Below, one piece after another: positions 38,580-50,744 of a stretch of 64,000 bases of DNA. Source of the DNA: Mustelus asterias (lineage: Eukaryota); assembly GCF_964213995.1 (NCBI RefSeq), contig NC_135802.1, forward strand, positions 138,012,001-138,076,000, written 5' to 3'. The number at the start of each line of letters is the position of its first letter. Within the stretch, counting starts at the first letter, position 1. The position numbers and the translations under genes are program-made. Under the pieces are notes generated by a model, which was given only the letters and a program-made list of their open reading frames with translations, was not told the origin of the DNA and did not search any database.

Positions 38580-39000
38580 TCCTGTCCTGCAGGGGGCGCT
38601 ATTGTGCGCCAGTGCCCGATTGGCTGGTGCCCGCAGGGAGGCGGGGTGACTCTTGCCTCCCACTCGCTGTCTCCTCGGTTTGCCCAGTGCGGGGACGATG
38701 CTGCGGGGGGTGAGGAGCGGAATGTGGGCGCTGACAGCGGCAGCGGGCCCCCGCCCCGGACCCGGACCCCGGCTCCACTCCAGCCGGAGCGAGTCCGGCC
38801 TGAGCCGCTCGCAGGCTTACATCGGGGGCCGCTGGCTGGAGGCGGATGGCGGGGCTCTGTTCCCGGTGCTGGACCCGGCCACCGGGCAGCTGCTGATGGA
38901 GGTGGCGGATTGCGGCCCGCGGGAGGCCCGGGAGGCGGTGAGAGCGGCTCACAGCAGCTTAGCCAGCTGGAGAGCGGCTACCGGCAAGGTGAGAGCCGGG
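38580..39000 (+). promoter_or_regulatory. ALDH5A1 CpG island/promoter with CTCF-like site, inverted CCAAT and GC box
   Basis: Sharp rise in GC/CpG; CCTGCAGGGGGCGCT 38586-38600, GATTGG ~38619, GGAGGCGGGG ~38637. Confidence 0.75.
38698..38988 (+). CDS. ALDH5A1: ALDH5A1 (succinate-semialdehyde dehydrogenase) exon 1
   Basis: MLRGVRSG... presequence, then AYIGGRWL...FPVLDPATG...VADCG...WRAATGK; donor GTGAGA. Confidence 0.92.
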
Positions 39001-39029
39001 GAGGGGGGACTGACAGAGGGATAGGACTG

Positions 39030-40630
39030 GGCTCCCCCTCTCCCCCGCCCCTTGGACCCCCCCTCTCTCTCGCCCCCTTGCCCCCCCCCCCTCTCTCTCA
39101 CCCCCTTGGCCCCCCCCCCTCTCTCTTACCCCCTTGCCACCCCCTCTCTCGCCCCCTTGGACCCCCCCCCCTCTCTCTCACCCCCTTGGCCCCCCCCTCT
39201 CTCTCGCCCCCTTGCCCCCCTCTCACCCCCTTGCCCCCCTCTCTCTCACCCCCTTGCCCCCTCTCTCTCACCCCCTTGCCCCCCTCTCTCTCACCCCCTT
39301 GCCCCCCTCTCTCTCACCCCCTTGCCCCCTCTCTCACCCCCTTGCCCCCCTCTCTCTCACCCCCTTGCCCCCCTCTCTCTCACCCCCTTGCCCCCCTCTC
39401 TCTCACCCCCATGCCCCCCTCTCTCTCACCCCCTTGCCCCCCTCTCTCTCACCCCCTTGCCCCCCTCTCTCTCGCCCCCTTGCCCCCCTCTCTCTCGCCC
39501 CCTTGCCCCCCTCTCTCTCGCCCCCTTGCCCCCCTCTCTCTCGCCCCCTTGCCCTCCTCTCTCTCTCGCCCCCTTGCCCCCCCTCCCCTCTCTCTCACCC
39601 CCTTGCCCCCCTCTCTCTCACCCCCTTGCCCCCCTCTCTCTCACCCCCTTGCCCCCCCTCCTCTCTCTCTCGCCCCCTTGCCCCCCCTCCCCTCTCTCTC
39701 GCCCCCTTGCCCCCCTCCCCTCTCTCTCGCCCCCTTGCCCCCCCTCCCCTCTCGCCCCCTTGCCCCCCCTCCCCTCTCTCTCGCCCCCTTGCCCCCCCTC
39801 CCCTCTCTCTCGCCCCCTTGCCCCCCTCCCCTCTCTCTCGCCCCCTTGCCCCCCCTCCCCTCTCTCTTGCCCCCCTCCCCTCTCTCTCGCCCCCTTGCCC
39901 CCCTCCCCTCTCTCTCGCCCCCTTGCCCCCCTCCCCTCTCTCTCGCCCCCTTGCCCCCCCTCCCCTCTCTCTCGCCCCCTTGCCCCCCCTCCCCCCTCCC
40001 TCCTCTCTCGCCCCCTTGCCCCCCCTCTCTCTCACCCCCTTGCCCCCCCTCTCTCTCACCCCCTTGCCCCCCCTCTCTCACCCCCTTGCCCCCCTCTCTC
40101 ACCCCCTTGCCCCCCCTCTCTCACCCCCTTGCCCCCCTCTCTCACCCCCTTGCCCCCCCTCTCTCACCCCCTTGCCCCCCCTCTCTCACCCCCTTGCCCC
40201 CCTCTCTCTCACCCCCTTGCCCCCCCCTCTCTCTCACCCCCTTGCCCCCCCCCTCTCTCTCACCCCCTTGCCCCCCCCTCTCTCTCACCCCCTTGCCCCC
40301 CCCCTCTCTCTCACCCCCTTGCCCCCCCCTCTCTCTCACCCCCTTGCCCCCCCCTCTCTCTCACCCCCTTGCCCCCCCCTCTCTCTCACCCCCTTGCCCC
40401 CCCCCCTCTCTCACCCCCTTGGCCACCCCCCCCCCTCTCTGTCACCCCCTTGGCCCCCCCCTCTCTCTCTCTCACCCCCTTGCCCTCCCCCCCCTCTCTC
40501 TCTCTTGTCCCCTTGCCCCCCCCCCTCTTGCGCCCCCTTGGCCCCCCCCCCCCCTCTCTCTCACCCCCTTGGCGCCCTTCTCTCGCCTCCTTGCCCCCCC
40601 CCCCCCCCCCCCCCCCTCTCTCTCGTCTCC
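39030..40630. repeat. Polypyrimidine minisatellite, ~23-bp unit (CCCCCTTGCCCCCCTCTCTCTCA/G)n
   Basis: Visible directly; unit variants occur in blocks. Confidence 0.97.
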
Positions 40631-41085
40631 TTTGGCCCTCTTCATTTTGGCTTCATGTTGCAGTGTGCTGACTTTTCTTTCCTCAGGTCAGGAGATCCCA
40701 GTGTGTCATTGTGTCAAACTGCATTGTAGACACTTTTAGCAGTCACTGGCAGGAGGGAAATCAGCAGTACTGCCGTGCCAGGTGAGTTCTCATCAATCTT
40801 GTTTCCTCTGCCAGTGAAGGTGGGCAGAGGCAATGTTTTCATCTGTTTGTAAACAATAAATCTGAAAAACTAATTGACGGATGTCCGTGAATCCTGGTCC
40901 ACAGATAGGGCATGGTGGCCCAAGGAAGGACGGATTTGTTTTTGGCAAAATCCTTGGATTTTATTTAAAGGATCTGTTTCATAGAATCCCTACAGTAAAG
41001 AACGAGACCATTCGCCCCATTGAGCCTGCACCGATATATATATATATATCTTTCAGTTTGCCATTTTTGATTCTTCTGTTTTCAG

Positions 41086-41169
41086 GAGCGAAGTAATTTA
41101 TTAAGAAAGTGGTACGATTTGATGCTAAAAAACAAAGATGAACTCGCAAGATTAATTACTGCAGAAAAT
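41086..41169 (+). CDS. ALDH5A1: ALDH5A1 exon 2
   Basis: 84 nt, [28 protein letters not shown]. Confidence 0.97.
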
Positions 41170-43204
41170 GTAAGTGAAACACTAATGTGAGTAACTAACT
41201 GAAAATACATTGTTCTTTAATATGGTATGGTTATATCAGTTTTATCAAAGTAAATTAATCAGGGAAAGTAGCATATCTATTTCACTAACCGTTAAATCAA
41301 AATTTCAAAAGATTAAAGCAGTAAGTAGAATCTGAGGGTATGATATGGTGTGTGTGTTAATTTTTTACTGTGCTGAGTAATTCCATAAATTCAAAAGTAA
41401 TTGAGCAACTCATGAATTGTGTAGGATATCCATAGAAGTGAAACTCTTAAGCCAGTAGTAAATCTGAGTTCTTACTAGCTGTTGATGTGGTCACTGACAC
41501 GCGATCTGTGCTGTGTTAAATCCTTAATGAAACAAGAGATTAATTGTCTGGGCCTGTTTTGTCTTCCCATGTGCAGGGTAACATTATGAATGAAGACTGA
41601 TATAAATTACAGGTTAAAGTTGGTTCTTTTATGCAATAGTGCTAATGTGTAATCAAGCTGATATAAAAACGTGACTTTCAAAACTAACTGGATAACATAT
41701 ACTTTTGGTTCCACTATCCCTAGACTGTCACTCTGCTTGTCCGACATTCAGCGCTGGCTTAGCAAAGATTTTCTCCCAACTAAATATTGACAACACTGAA
41801 GCCATTGTCTTCAGTTCATGTCACAAACTCCTTTCCCCAGCCACTGGTTCCATTCCTCCCCCTAGCAACTAATTGAAGCTGATCCAAATTATCATCAGAT
41901 CAAAGCAAATTACTGCGGATGCTGGAATCTGAAACAAAAACAGAAAATGCTGCAAAATCTCAGCAGGTCTGACAACATCTGTGGAAAGAGATGTTTCAAG
42001 TCTGGATGACCCTTCATCAAATTATGAACCTTGATATAATGGTTGGCACTGAGATAAGTTTCTGACCACATAGCTACACCATCGTTAAGATTGCATATTG
42101 CTGTAACATCGCTTGACTCTACCCTTGCCTCCGTCCATCTACTGCTGAAATGCCTGCCCTGTCCATGCCTTTATGTTTTTAGTCATAAACTCCAGGTCAC
42201 CCTTTAACAGCATACCATCTGTTAACTTGAGGTCATCCAAAGCTGCTGCCCATGCCCTAACTCACACTGAGCGCACGGACTTAAATTATTGTACTTCGTT
42301 AACAGGAAATTCCCAGAGTTTAACCTGTTTCAGAAGATTCAGTTTAAATATTACCTTGTCATTAGTACCAGAATTTGATGTATGGAGTTGAGATGTATCC
42401 ATGCATGCAAGGCAAAAAAATGTTCTTGTAAGTACTGGTCAGTCTCCTGTAATATTGCACATGGTAATTTGCAGTCCTCAGTGATTTGCTTTCCCTGCTG
42501 TACGTCATCACGTGCTTTGCTGCGCACACTGTGCTATTTCATTCCTTTGTGCTCTTCCACCATTTCCTTATTCCCCATCAGTAGTGCTATGACATCTCCT
42601 TCGAGTTTCGTGCTTGACCACTATCTTCTGTCTACTTTGATGATGCTGTCGTGAACATCGCCTGTAACTATTCATCCCTCACTCCTATTGACTTCCACCA
42701 AAAAGCAGATGGCAAGTGGTTAGAAACCCTATCGCTCTCAATCTATTTCTCTCCTCCTCTTCTCTTCACCCACTCCGCCCCCCCCCGCCCAAAATTCTGT
42801 CCCCTTAGAGGCTTTGTTTCCTTTCAAAATCCAACTTGTTTAGTTTTTTATCACGAACATTAGAATGACGAAAGGCATTCTGTCTGCCTCCCTCTATCTG
42901 TATGTCTCACAGGTGTCAGGAATTGGAATATTTACATCTTCTGTCAGCGAATCAGGTGAGGGAACTGAAAACTTTGCACTTGCTATAAAATTGAAATTGA
43001 GATTTTGTTTTTGAGCTAAGATTGAGGAAAAGATTTTTTCCACTTCATATACCTTCTGAAATTTCTAATACTGTCTCTCTCTCTCTCGCATGCACACATG
43101 GTCACACAACACTTTTTTAAAAATTGAGTTTAAAATATCAAAAATGTATTTAATTCTGTAACTAAAATATTTAAAGTATGTTATATTAAAGCATAAGATG
43201 GCTT

Positions 43205-43452
43205 AGAATCATAGAATCCTACAGTGCAGAAGGAGGCCATTCGGCCTCGCGAGTCTGCATCAACCACAATCCTACCCAAGCCCTATCTCCATAACCCCAT
43301 ATATTTACCCTAGCTAGTCCCCCTGACATTAAGGGGCAATTTAGCATGGCCAATCCACCTGACCCACACATCTTTGACCCAAGCCAGGAATTGAACCTGG
43401 GTCCCTGGCGCTGTGAGGCAGCAGTGATACCTACTGTGCCACTGTGCTGTCC
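43205..43452 (-). mobile_element. HE1-type SINE with internal deletion
   Basis: Head joined to tail, V-domain missing. Confidence 0.8.
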
Positions 43453-43617
43453 CTGAACATCTTGAAGTTTAGGCAAGGTTACACACTAGTTTTATTCTTA
43501 CAACCTAACTGTTATTAAGTTAAGTCAAGTTTAATAGTCACTCATTTCAGTTTAATTTTTATTTTCACCAGGGAACACTTCAGATTGGATTGTACTGGTC
43601 AGCTTCAGTTTATAGCT

Positions 43618-44015
43618 TAGAGTCATAGAAGTTTACAGCATGGAAACAGGCCCTTTGGCCCAACTTGTCCATGCCACCTTTTGTTTTAAACCCCTAAGCT
43701 AATCCCAATTGCCCGCATTTGGCCCATATCCCTCTATATCCATCTTATCCATGTAACTATCTAAATGCTTTTTAAAAGACAAAATTGTACCCGCCTCTAC
43801 TACTACCTCTGGCAGCTTGTTCCAGACACTCACCACCCTCTGTGAAAAAATTGCCCCCCTGGACACTTTTGTACCTCTCCCCTCTCACCTTAAACCTATG
43901 CCCTCTAGTTTTAGACTCCCCTACATTTGATAAAAGATATTGACTATCTAGCTCATCTGTGCCCCTCATTATTTTATAGACCTCTGTAAGATCACCACTC
44001 GGCCTTCTACGCTGC
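43618..44015 (-). mobile_element. CR1/HER1 3' fragment
   Basis: ORF 43772-44083, EVYKIMRG...RGHRFKVRG. Confidence 0.88.
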
Positions 44016-45802
44016 AGAGTTTGTAGCCCTTTTATTTTGGTATCAGTGAGGTGTGCCTCTGGTTCACACAGCACAGATGTCACTCACTTTTGTGTCCTTT
44101 CACGGAATGTGAGCATCATTGGCTATGTCAGCATTTATTGCCCATCCGTAATTGACCTTGAGAAGGTGGCACTGAACCACTGGCTTGAATTGCTGCAGTC
44201 CATGTGGTGTAGTGTACCCACATGATCTGATGATGGAGAGAAGGTAAGGTCATTGATGAAGCAGCTGAAGATGGTTGGGCCCAAGACACTAGCCTGAGGA
44301 GCTCCCGCATCTATGTCCTGGGGCTGAGGTGATTGATCTTCAACAACCAGAGTTGTCTTGCTTTGTGCCAGGTTTGATTCCATCCAGTGGAGAGATCCCC
44401 CCCCCCGATTCTCATTGATTTCAATTTTGCTAGAGACTCCAGATTCTGTATTCTGTCAAATGCTGCTTTGATCCCGAGAGCAAGCACTCTCACCTCACCT
44501 CTTGAGTTCAGCTCTTTTATCCATGTTTGGAGCAAGGCTGCAATTAGGTCAGGACTAAGTGTCCCTGGAAGCAGGTTATTGCTGTGTATGTAAATGCCCC
44601 TTGATAGCACTGTCGACAATATTAACCATCGCTTTTCTGATGTTCAAGAGTAGATTGGTGGGGCAATTGCATTTATCTTTTTCTCCATTTCATGGACATT
44701 GCTGGCAAGGCCAGCATTTGTTGATATCACTGATTTCCTTTGAATTGAGTGGTTTGCTCGGCTATTTCAGAGGACAGTTAAGAATCAACCACATTGCTGT
44801 GTCTCCAGAGACGCAGGTAGGCCAGACCAGGTAAGGATGGCAGATTTTCCTTCCCTAAAACCTTTTACAATAATCAATTATAATTGTCATGGTTACAATC
44901 ACAAATGCCTAGTTTTATATTGCAGATTAATAGAATTCAGATTCCACCAGCTGCCATGATGGGCTTTGAACCCATGTCCCCAGAGCTCTAGTCTGGCCCT
45001 CTAGGTTACTGGTCCAGATTACCAGTATAGATTAGCTAGATTACTACCTGGTCAGAGGATGGGAAATCTGCAGTTAGTGACCCATCTCCTGATGTTACAA
45101 AGCCAGTCTACCATCTACATTAGACATTACTACTGTGTCACTGTCTTCCCCTTTTTATTGCCTGGCTGCCCTTTGTAAACCTGTTGGATTTTCTAAATCC
45201 AATCACCACTTTTCAACAAGCCACTGCAGCTTGAAATGACAAATCCATCAAGTTTAGATTGGAGTTACTGTCAACTGAGGGCAACTTGTGCTTCATTACA
45301 GCCTTGGTCCAAACATGGACAACAATGCTGAATTCCAGAGGTAAGTGTGATTGCCTTTGACAACAAGGCAGCATTTGACAGTGTGTAGCATCAAAGAGCC
45401 CCAATAAAATGGGAATAGAAGGAAACCTCTCCAGTGGTTGGAGTCATTCCTGGTACAAGGGAAGATAGTTGTGTTTGTTGCTGAATCACCTGAGCCCAGA
45501 ATATCCCTGCAGGAGTTCCTCATGGCAATATCCTCGTCCTGACTATCTTGGTTGCTTCATCAATGATCTTCTCTCCACCATAAGGATAATAAAGCAGTCT
45601 ATGTCCGCACACATCAAAACCTGGATGATATCCATGCTTGCATTGCTAAGTGACAAGTAACATTTCAGCCACACTGATGCCAGGCAGTAACTATCTCCAA
45701 CAAGAGAGACTCTAACCACTTCTCCTTGACTCTCATCCATCACTAAAGCACAGCATCAACATCCTGGAGGTCACCGTTGGCAGGTAGTATAACGAACTGG
45801 AC

Positions 45803-46021
45803 TGGGGTCAGTTTTACCTCAGTTGCTGGATAGCTGGTTCATGATGCAGAACAATGCCAACAGTCCACCTGTTCCCCGTACCAGTTGAGGTTATTCATGA
45901 AGGCTTGCCTTCTCAACTTTGTCCCATGCCTGAAGTGTGGTGATCCTCAGGTTAAATCACCACCAGTCAGCTCTCACCCTCAAAAGGGTCATCTGGGACT
46001 GTGGTGACTTTACCTTTACCT
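45803..46021 (+). mobile_element. Third SINE family (tRNA-like head), nested in a LINE
   Basis: Flanked by aactgga direct repeats; tail actttaccttta. Confidence 0.55.
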
Positions 46022-47114
46022 AACTGGAACAACCACATAAATACTGTGGCTGCAAGAGCAAGTCAGAGGCTGGATACTTTGCAGTGAGTAACTCACCACC
46101 TGACTCCCCAAAGCCATTCCACCATCTGCAAGGCAGGTGTTAGTTGTTCAATGGATCCATTTGTCTGGGTAAATGCATCTCCAACATTCAAGAAACACAA
46201 TCCCACCCAGGACAAAGCAGCCAATTTGGCCAATTAGCAAGGTACAGACCATGCCAAAGTGACTCACCAAAGCTGCTTTGACAGCACTTTCCAAACCCAT
46301 GGATTCTACCACCTAGAAGAACAATGGCAGCAGATACATGGGGATACCACTGCCTGCAAGGTGTTCCTCAAGTCGCACACCCTCCTGATGTGGAAATATA
46401 TCACTATTCCTGGATCTCTGGGTCAAAATCCTGAAATTTCCTACCTACTGGTGCTGCATGTGGCTACATCGCGTGAACTGTATTGGTTCAGGAAAGTGGC
46501 TCACCCACTACCTTCTTGAAGACAGTTAGGGATGGGCAATAAATGCTGGCCTTGCCCATATCCTCTTAATAAAGGGAAAAAGGAGCTAGTAGCACTAACA
46601 TTTCATTGGCTATAATATGAAAGGCACTGTAAGGTACTAGGTACAGTACCAGAAGAACTGTACTTAAATTAATTGGGTGAGGGTGGTCAAATTGAGGTGA
46701 AGTGGATTTACAAAATGCCCAGGGCTCCCAATGGACTGGCATTCCATGTGGTATCTAATGTGAACAAGTGAGATTAGCACCTCACAGTTGACCCTGTCTC
46801 TTTCTCATGTTTAAACCCTGAATTTAGATTTGTACTCCAGTTTATCATTCACGTGAAGTCCAAATTACTTTGCATTTAAGAGTAAGCAGGACTACTGCGA
46901 TATTATTTTGCATCGGTGACAAAGTACAATGTCTGGAGTACAGTGTCTGGAGTATTGATGCATCATTCTCAAAACATGATATATAGTTTTACACTTGTAG
47001 AGCTTTAACTTCGCTGGATTGTGTGTTAATATCTGATCCCTGAACCAGTTTATAATGCTGAACTTAGTTTTTTTTTCAATCTAGACTACGTGCCCTCCAT
47101 GTTCTGCATCCAAT

Positions 47115-47510
47115 ATAGAACATAAGAACTAGGAGCAGGAGTAGGCCATCTGGCCCCTTAAGCCTGCTCCACCATTCAACAAGATCATGGCTGATCTTTT
47201 CGTGGACTCAGCTCCACTTACCCACCCGCTCACCTTAATTCCTTTACTGTTCAAAAATTTATCTACCCTTGCCTTAAAAACATTCAATGAGGTAGCCTCA
47301 ACTGCTTCACTGGGCAGGGAATTCCACAGATTCACAACCCTTTGTGTGAAGAGGTTCCGCCTCAACTCAGTCCTAAATCTGCTCCCCCTTATTTTGAGGC
47401 CATGTCCCCTAGTTCTAGTTTCACCCGCCAGTGGAAACAACTTCCCTGCTTCTATCTTATCTATTCCCTTCATAATCTTTTATGTTTCTATAAGATCTCT
47501 CCTCATTCTT
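47115..47510 (-). mobile_element. CR1 3' fragment ending ~80 nt before exon 3
   Basis: ORF 47129-47473, TRGHGLKIRG...FTQRVVNLWNSLP. Confidence 0.88.
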
Positions 47511-47591
47511 CTTGTGTTGTGAATACTTCTATATTTGATTTTTGCAACTTTTTAGTAGAAGTCCTAACTCTTGGTAAATTGCCCTCTTTAG

Positions 47592-47762
47592 GGAAAACCA
47601 CTGAAAGAAGCCTTGGGTGAAACACTGTACGCTGCATCATTCTTGGAGTGGTTTTCAGAAGAAGCTCGTCGAGTGTATGGTGATGTTGTACCTACTTCTT
47701 CCCCTGACCGTAGGATCCTAATTCTGAAGCAGCCAATAGGAGTAGCAGCTGTTATAACTCCT
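47592..47762 (+). CDS. ALDH5A1: ALDH5A1 exon 3
   Basis: 171 nt, [31 protein letters not shown]...[12 protein letters not shown]. Confidence 0.98.
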
Positions 47763-49619
47763 GTGAGTATTACTCATCAAAGCTGCCTGTTTGCAGTGTT
47801 ACATCATTGATGCCTTGGTAGATGGAAAACTTATTTATGATATGTTTGGATCTAAGTTTCCTATCATGTACTGCAAATTGCTCATGGTGTATATGTTACA
47901 GCCGAATCAAATTAATGCCATACTATTAATGGGTCACACGTGTAAAAGTTTTAATCCCTGGAAGATTATAATTCGGAATAATGCTGCCTGACGAGAGGTA
48001 AGATGATTTGCTGTTAATCACTCTGCTAATGACCATCGTCCTGGGTCTGACGAACATAATAACTCAGGATACTGAGGAATTTAGGACACGTTATGTGATT
48101 CTACTGCTGGTGGCGTGCCTCACTGGTTGAGATATCACCGAATGTGAAGTTTGTGGGTTAAAGCCCTATTTAAAGACTTGAGCACGTAATTAAGCGCAAA
48201 CAGTATTGACAGAGTGCTGCATCATCATGAATGATGTCTTCTGGACAAGAGTTTAAATGGAGCTCCTTCTGCTATGTTTTGAAGAAGAACAGGCAGCATT
48301 AAGTCAAATGCAAACAGTGTATAAACGTTTTTTTGAAATGCACGAGGTTGGCTAGAGAAAACTTTGACTTATAATTTCCAATAATGGGAAATCTTCATGC
48401 AGAGGACATGGCTAAAGTATTAAATAAACACTTTACATTTGATGTTACCAGAGAAGTGGATAATATCAAGGTTACACTGTAGAAAAAGAAGAAAGTTATG
48501 GGCATCGTTGTGATAGAGGGTTTGCATGAAAAAGACTAGCATTACTGAAAGTTGGTAATTCACCTGGTCCAAATGGAAGACATCCTAGCTTGTTGGGAGA
48601 ATCAGCAGTAGAGATAGCAGATACGTCTGTCACATTCTTTCAGCTCTGAATGAATGCAGCAGTAGTGCTGGAGAAACAGAGGGCTTGTAATCTTATATCA
48701 CTGTTCAAGAAATTGGAGAAGGGGGATTAGTCAGGAAACAACAGGCCAGCCAATCTAACATTGGTGATATGGGAGTTATTAGGAATGATTACCAAGGCCA
48801 AAATAAACCTTTATTTGGAAGGATATGGGCTAATCAAGGAGAGCCAGCATGGACCTGTTCCAGGCAAAATCATGTCTAACTAACTTGAATGAATCCTTTG
48901 CGGTAGCAAAAAAGGTTGTTCAAAGTAGTTTTGCCAATGTATATATGGATTTTCGGAAGGATTTCAGCTTGTGACACACAGGAGGCTTGTTAAGATTGAA
49001 GCCTCTGAAATTAAGGGGGAAGTGTTGGTATGGATCTGGAAATGGCTCAATGGCTGAAGTACAGGGTGTGGGTGAATGGATATTTTCCAGTCTGGGAAAT
49101 GGCTTGCAGTGACGTTCCACAAGTATCAGTTTTGATTCATCATTTTTCTCAATTTTTATGAACAACCGGGCCTCTGGTATAGGCAGCAGCATTATAAAGT
49201 TTGCAGATGATTCAAAAGTTGGCAGTATTGTAGATTGTAGTGAGGATAGATATAGACTCAAAGGTGACACAGACAGGATGGTGAACTGGGCAGAAACATG
49301 ACGGGCGAGTTTAGTGTGAAAAAGTAGTGTGTTATATGTCCACGAAAAGAAAACGTACTATATATGGCACAATTTTGAATAGTTTGGCTGCCTTGATGGC
49401 AGTATCCATCCATTCTTATAGGAGACAGAGCAATGCTTAAAATCGCTAAGAGGCTTGACAGGGTAGATGCTGAAAAAATGTTTCCCCTAGCTGGGGAATC
49501 TGGAACATGCAGTTGCAGTGTTAGAATAAGCGGTCAGTCATTTTGGACTGAGTTGAGAAATTTCCTCACTCAGGAGGATTATGAATCTTTAGAATTCTTT
49601 ACCCCCCACAGCTGTTGAT

Positions 49620-50172
49620 GATCAGGCAGGGGGCCCAGGCTGGTACTGCTCAAAGGGGCAAAGTGCCAATGCCCAGGAGGTACCGTGGCACGGCCCACCG
49701 GGCAGTACCAAGGGAGCAGGTCCTGATGGGGGACAGGGCCTCTGGGGGCGATTAGTAGGGGGTAGGGTCTCTCGCTGCCACTTTGCATTTGGTCTGAGTG
49801 ACGGGGGGGGGGGGGGGTCAAGAGATCGGGGTTGCTGGAGGAGGGGGGTTCGAGGCGTGTTCGGGGGGCCAGCGATGAGGGCCTAGGGGCTGACCAACGA
49901 TCAGGAGGCCAGCAGTGCGGGGTTACTGTGCATGCGCCAATCTCCGCTATGACAGATCAGCGCATGCGCAGTGGACCGCTCAGCGCTATGCTGCTGGCTT
50001 CTCCAGTGGGAATAGGCCCTGCCCCTGATTTTCAGCATGATTCACGCTGAGGCACTCTGCAGTGCACAGAGTGTGGGAGATTCATTTTGAAACTCCCGCT
50101 GAATAAACCAATGGGATTTACTCCAGGTTTTACACAAATTTGACGCTTAGAATTTTGGGGGGAAAATCGCCC
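49620..50172. mobile_element. GC-rich non-autonomous DNA transposon-like fragment with a long G tract
   Basis: GC-rich, ends gggggaaaatcgccc like the Harbinger-type MITE termini elsewhere in the window. Confidence 0.45.
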
Positions 50173-50239
50173 TTGTAATCTTCAACAGAGTAAACTGATT
50201 TACTCTGAAACTGTCTAATTCATGTTATTTTATTTGTAG

Positions 50240-50356
50240 TGGAATTTTCCCAGTGCTATGCTCACGAGGAAGGCTGGGGCAGCCTTGGCGGTCGGTTGCA
50301 CAGTGGTGGTGAAACCAGCTGAAGATACTCCACTATCTGCATTGGCACTGGCAGAG
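50240..50356 (+). CDS. ALDH5A1: ALDH5A1 exon 4
   Basis: 117 nt, [39 protein letters not shown]. Confidence 0.98.
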
Positions 50357-50374
50357 GTAAGTTATACCGGGTAC

Positions 50375-50411
50375 CCACCTGAGGAAGGAGCAGCGCTCCG
50401 AAAGCTCGTGG
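50375..50411 (+). ncRNA. Minimal type I hammerhead ribozyme motif within a Penelope pLTR fragment (50375-50498)
   Basis: CCAC-CUGAGGA-A-GGAGC-agc-GCUCC-GAAA-GC-UC-GUGG: core boxes, 5-bp helix II and helix I (CCAC/GUGG). Confidence 0.7.
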
Positions 50412-50744
50412 TTCCAAATAAACCTGTTGAACTTTAACCTGGTGTTGTGAGACTTCTTACTGTGCCCACCCCAGTCCAACGTCGGCATCTCCACATCACG
50501 AATACATACAGCAGTTATTAACAAAACCAAAACTAATTGAAATCTTGGATTTGATGCGTCACGGAAAAGGGAAAAAAACAAAAGGACCAAATGCACTGAT
50601 ATAGCCTTCAATTAATCTCAGTCCCGTGTAATCCTCCCATCAATTATCTTCTTGGCGATGCAGAACACAAGAGGCCTTTAGCCAATTTAGGCAAACTCTT
50701 CTCAACAAATTCTCTGGTTGTGAATATTTATATATATATATTAC

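Noticed and set aside
39030-40630. CRISPR-like array
   Set aside because: No unique spacers, no cas genes, and the context is a vertebrate intron.
38604-40739. 711-, 539- and 531-aa Pro/Leu/Ser-rich ORFs and antisense Gly/Arg/Glu ORFs
   Set aside because: These are artefacts of a C/T minisatellite with almost no stop codons. They have non-ATG starts and lie in ALDH5A1 intron 1.
48002-48057. C/D box snoRNA-like ATGAT...CTGA
   Set aside because: Imperfect C box, too short, no terminal stem.
49930-49972. NRF1 motif GCGCATGCGCA in intron 3
   Set aside because: Lies inside a GC-rich transposon-like repeat, far from a TSS.
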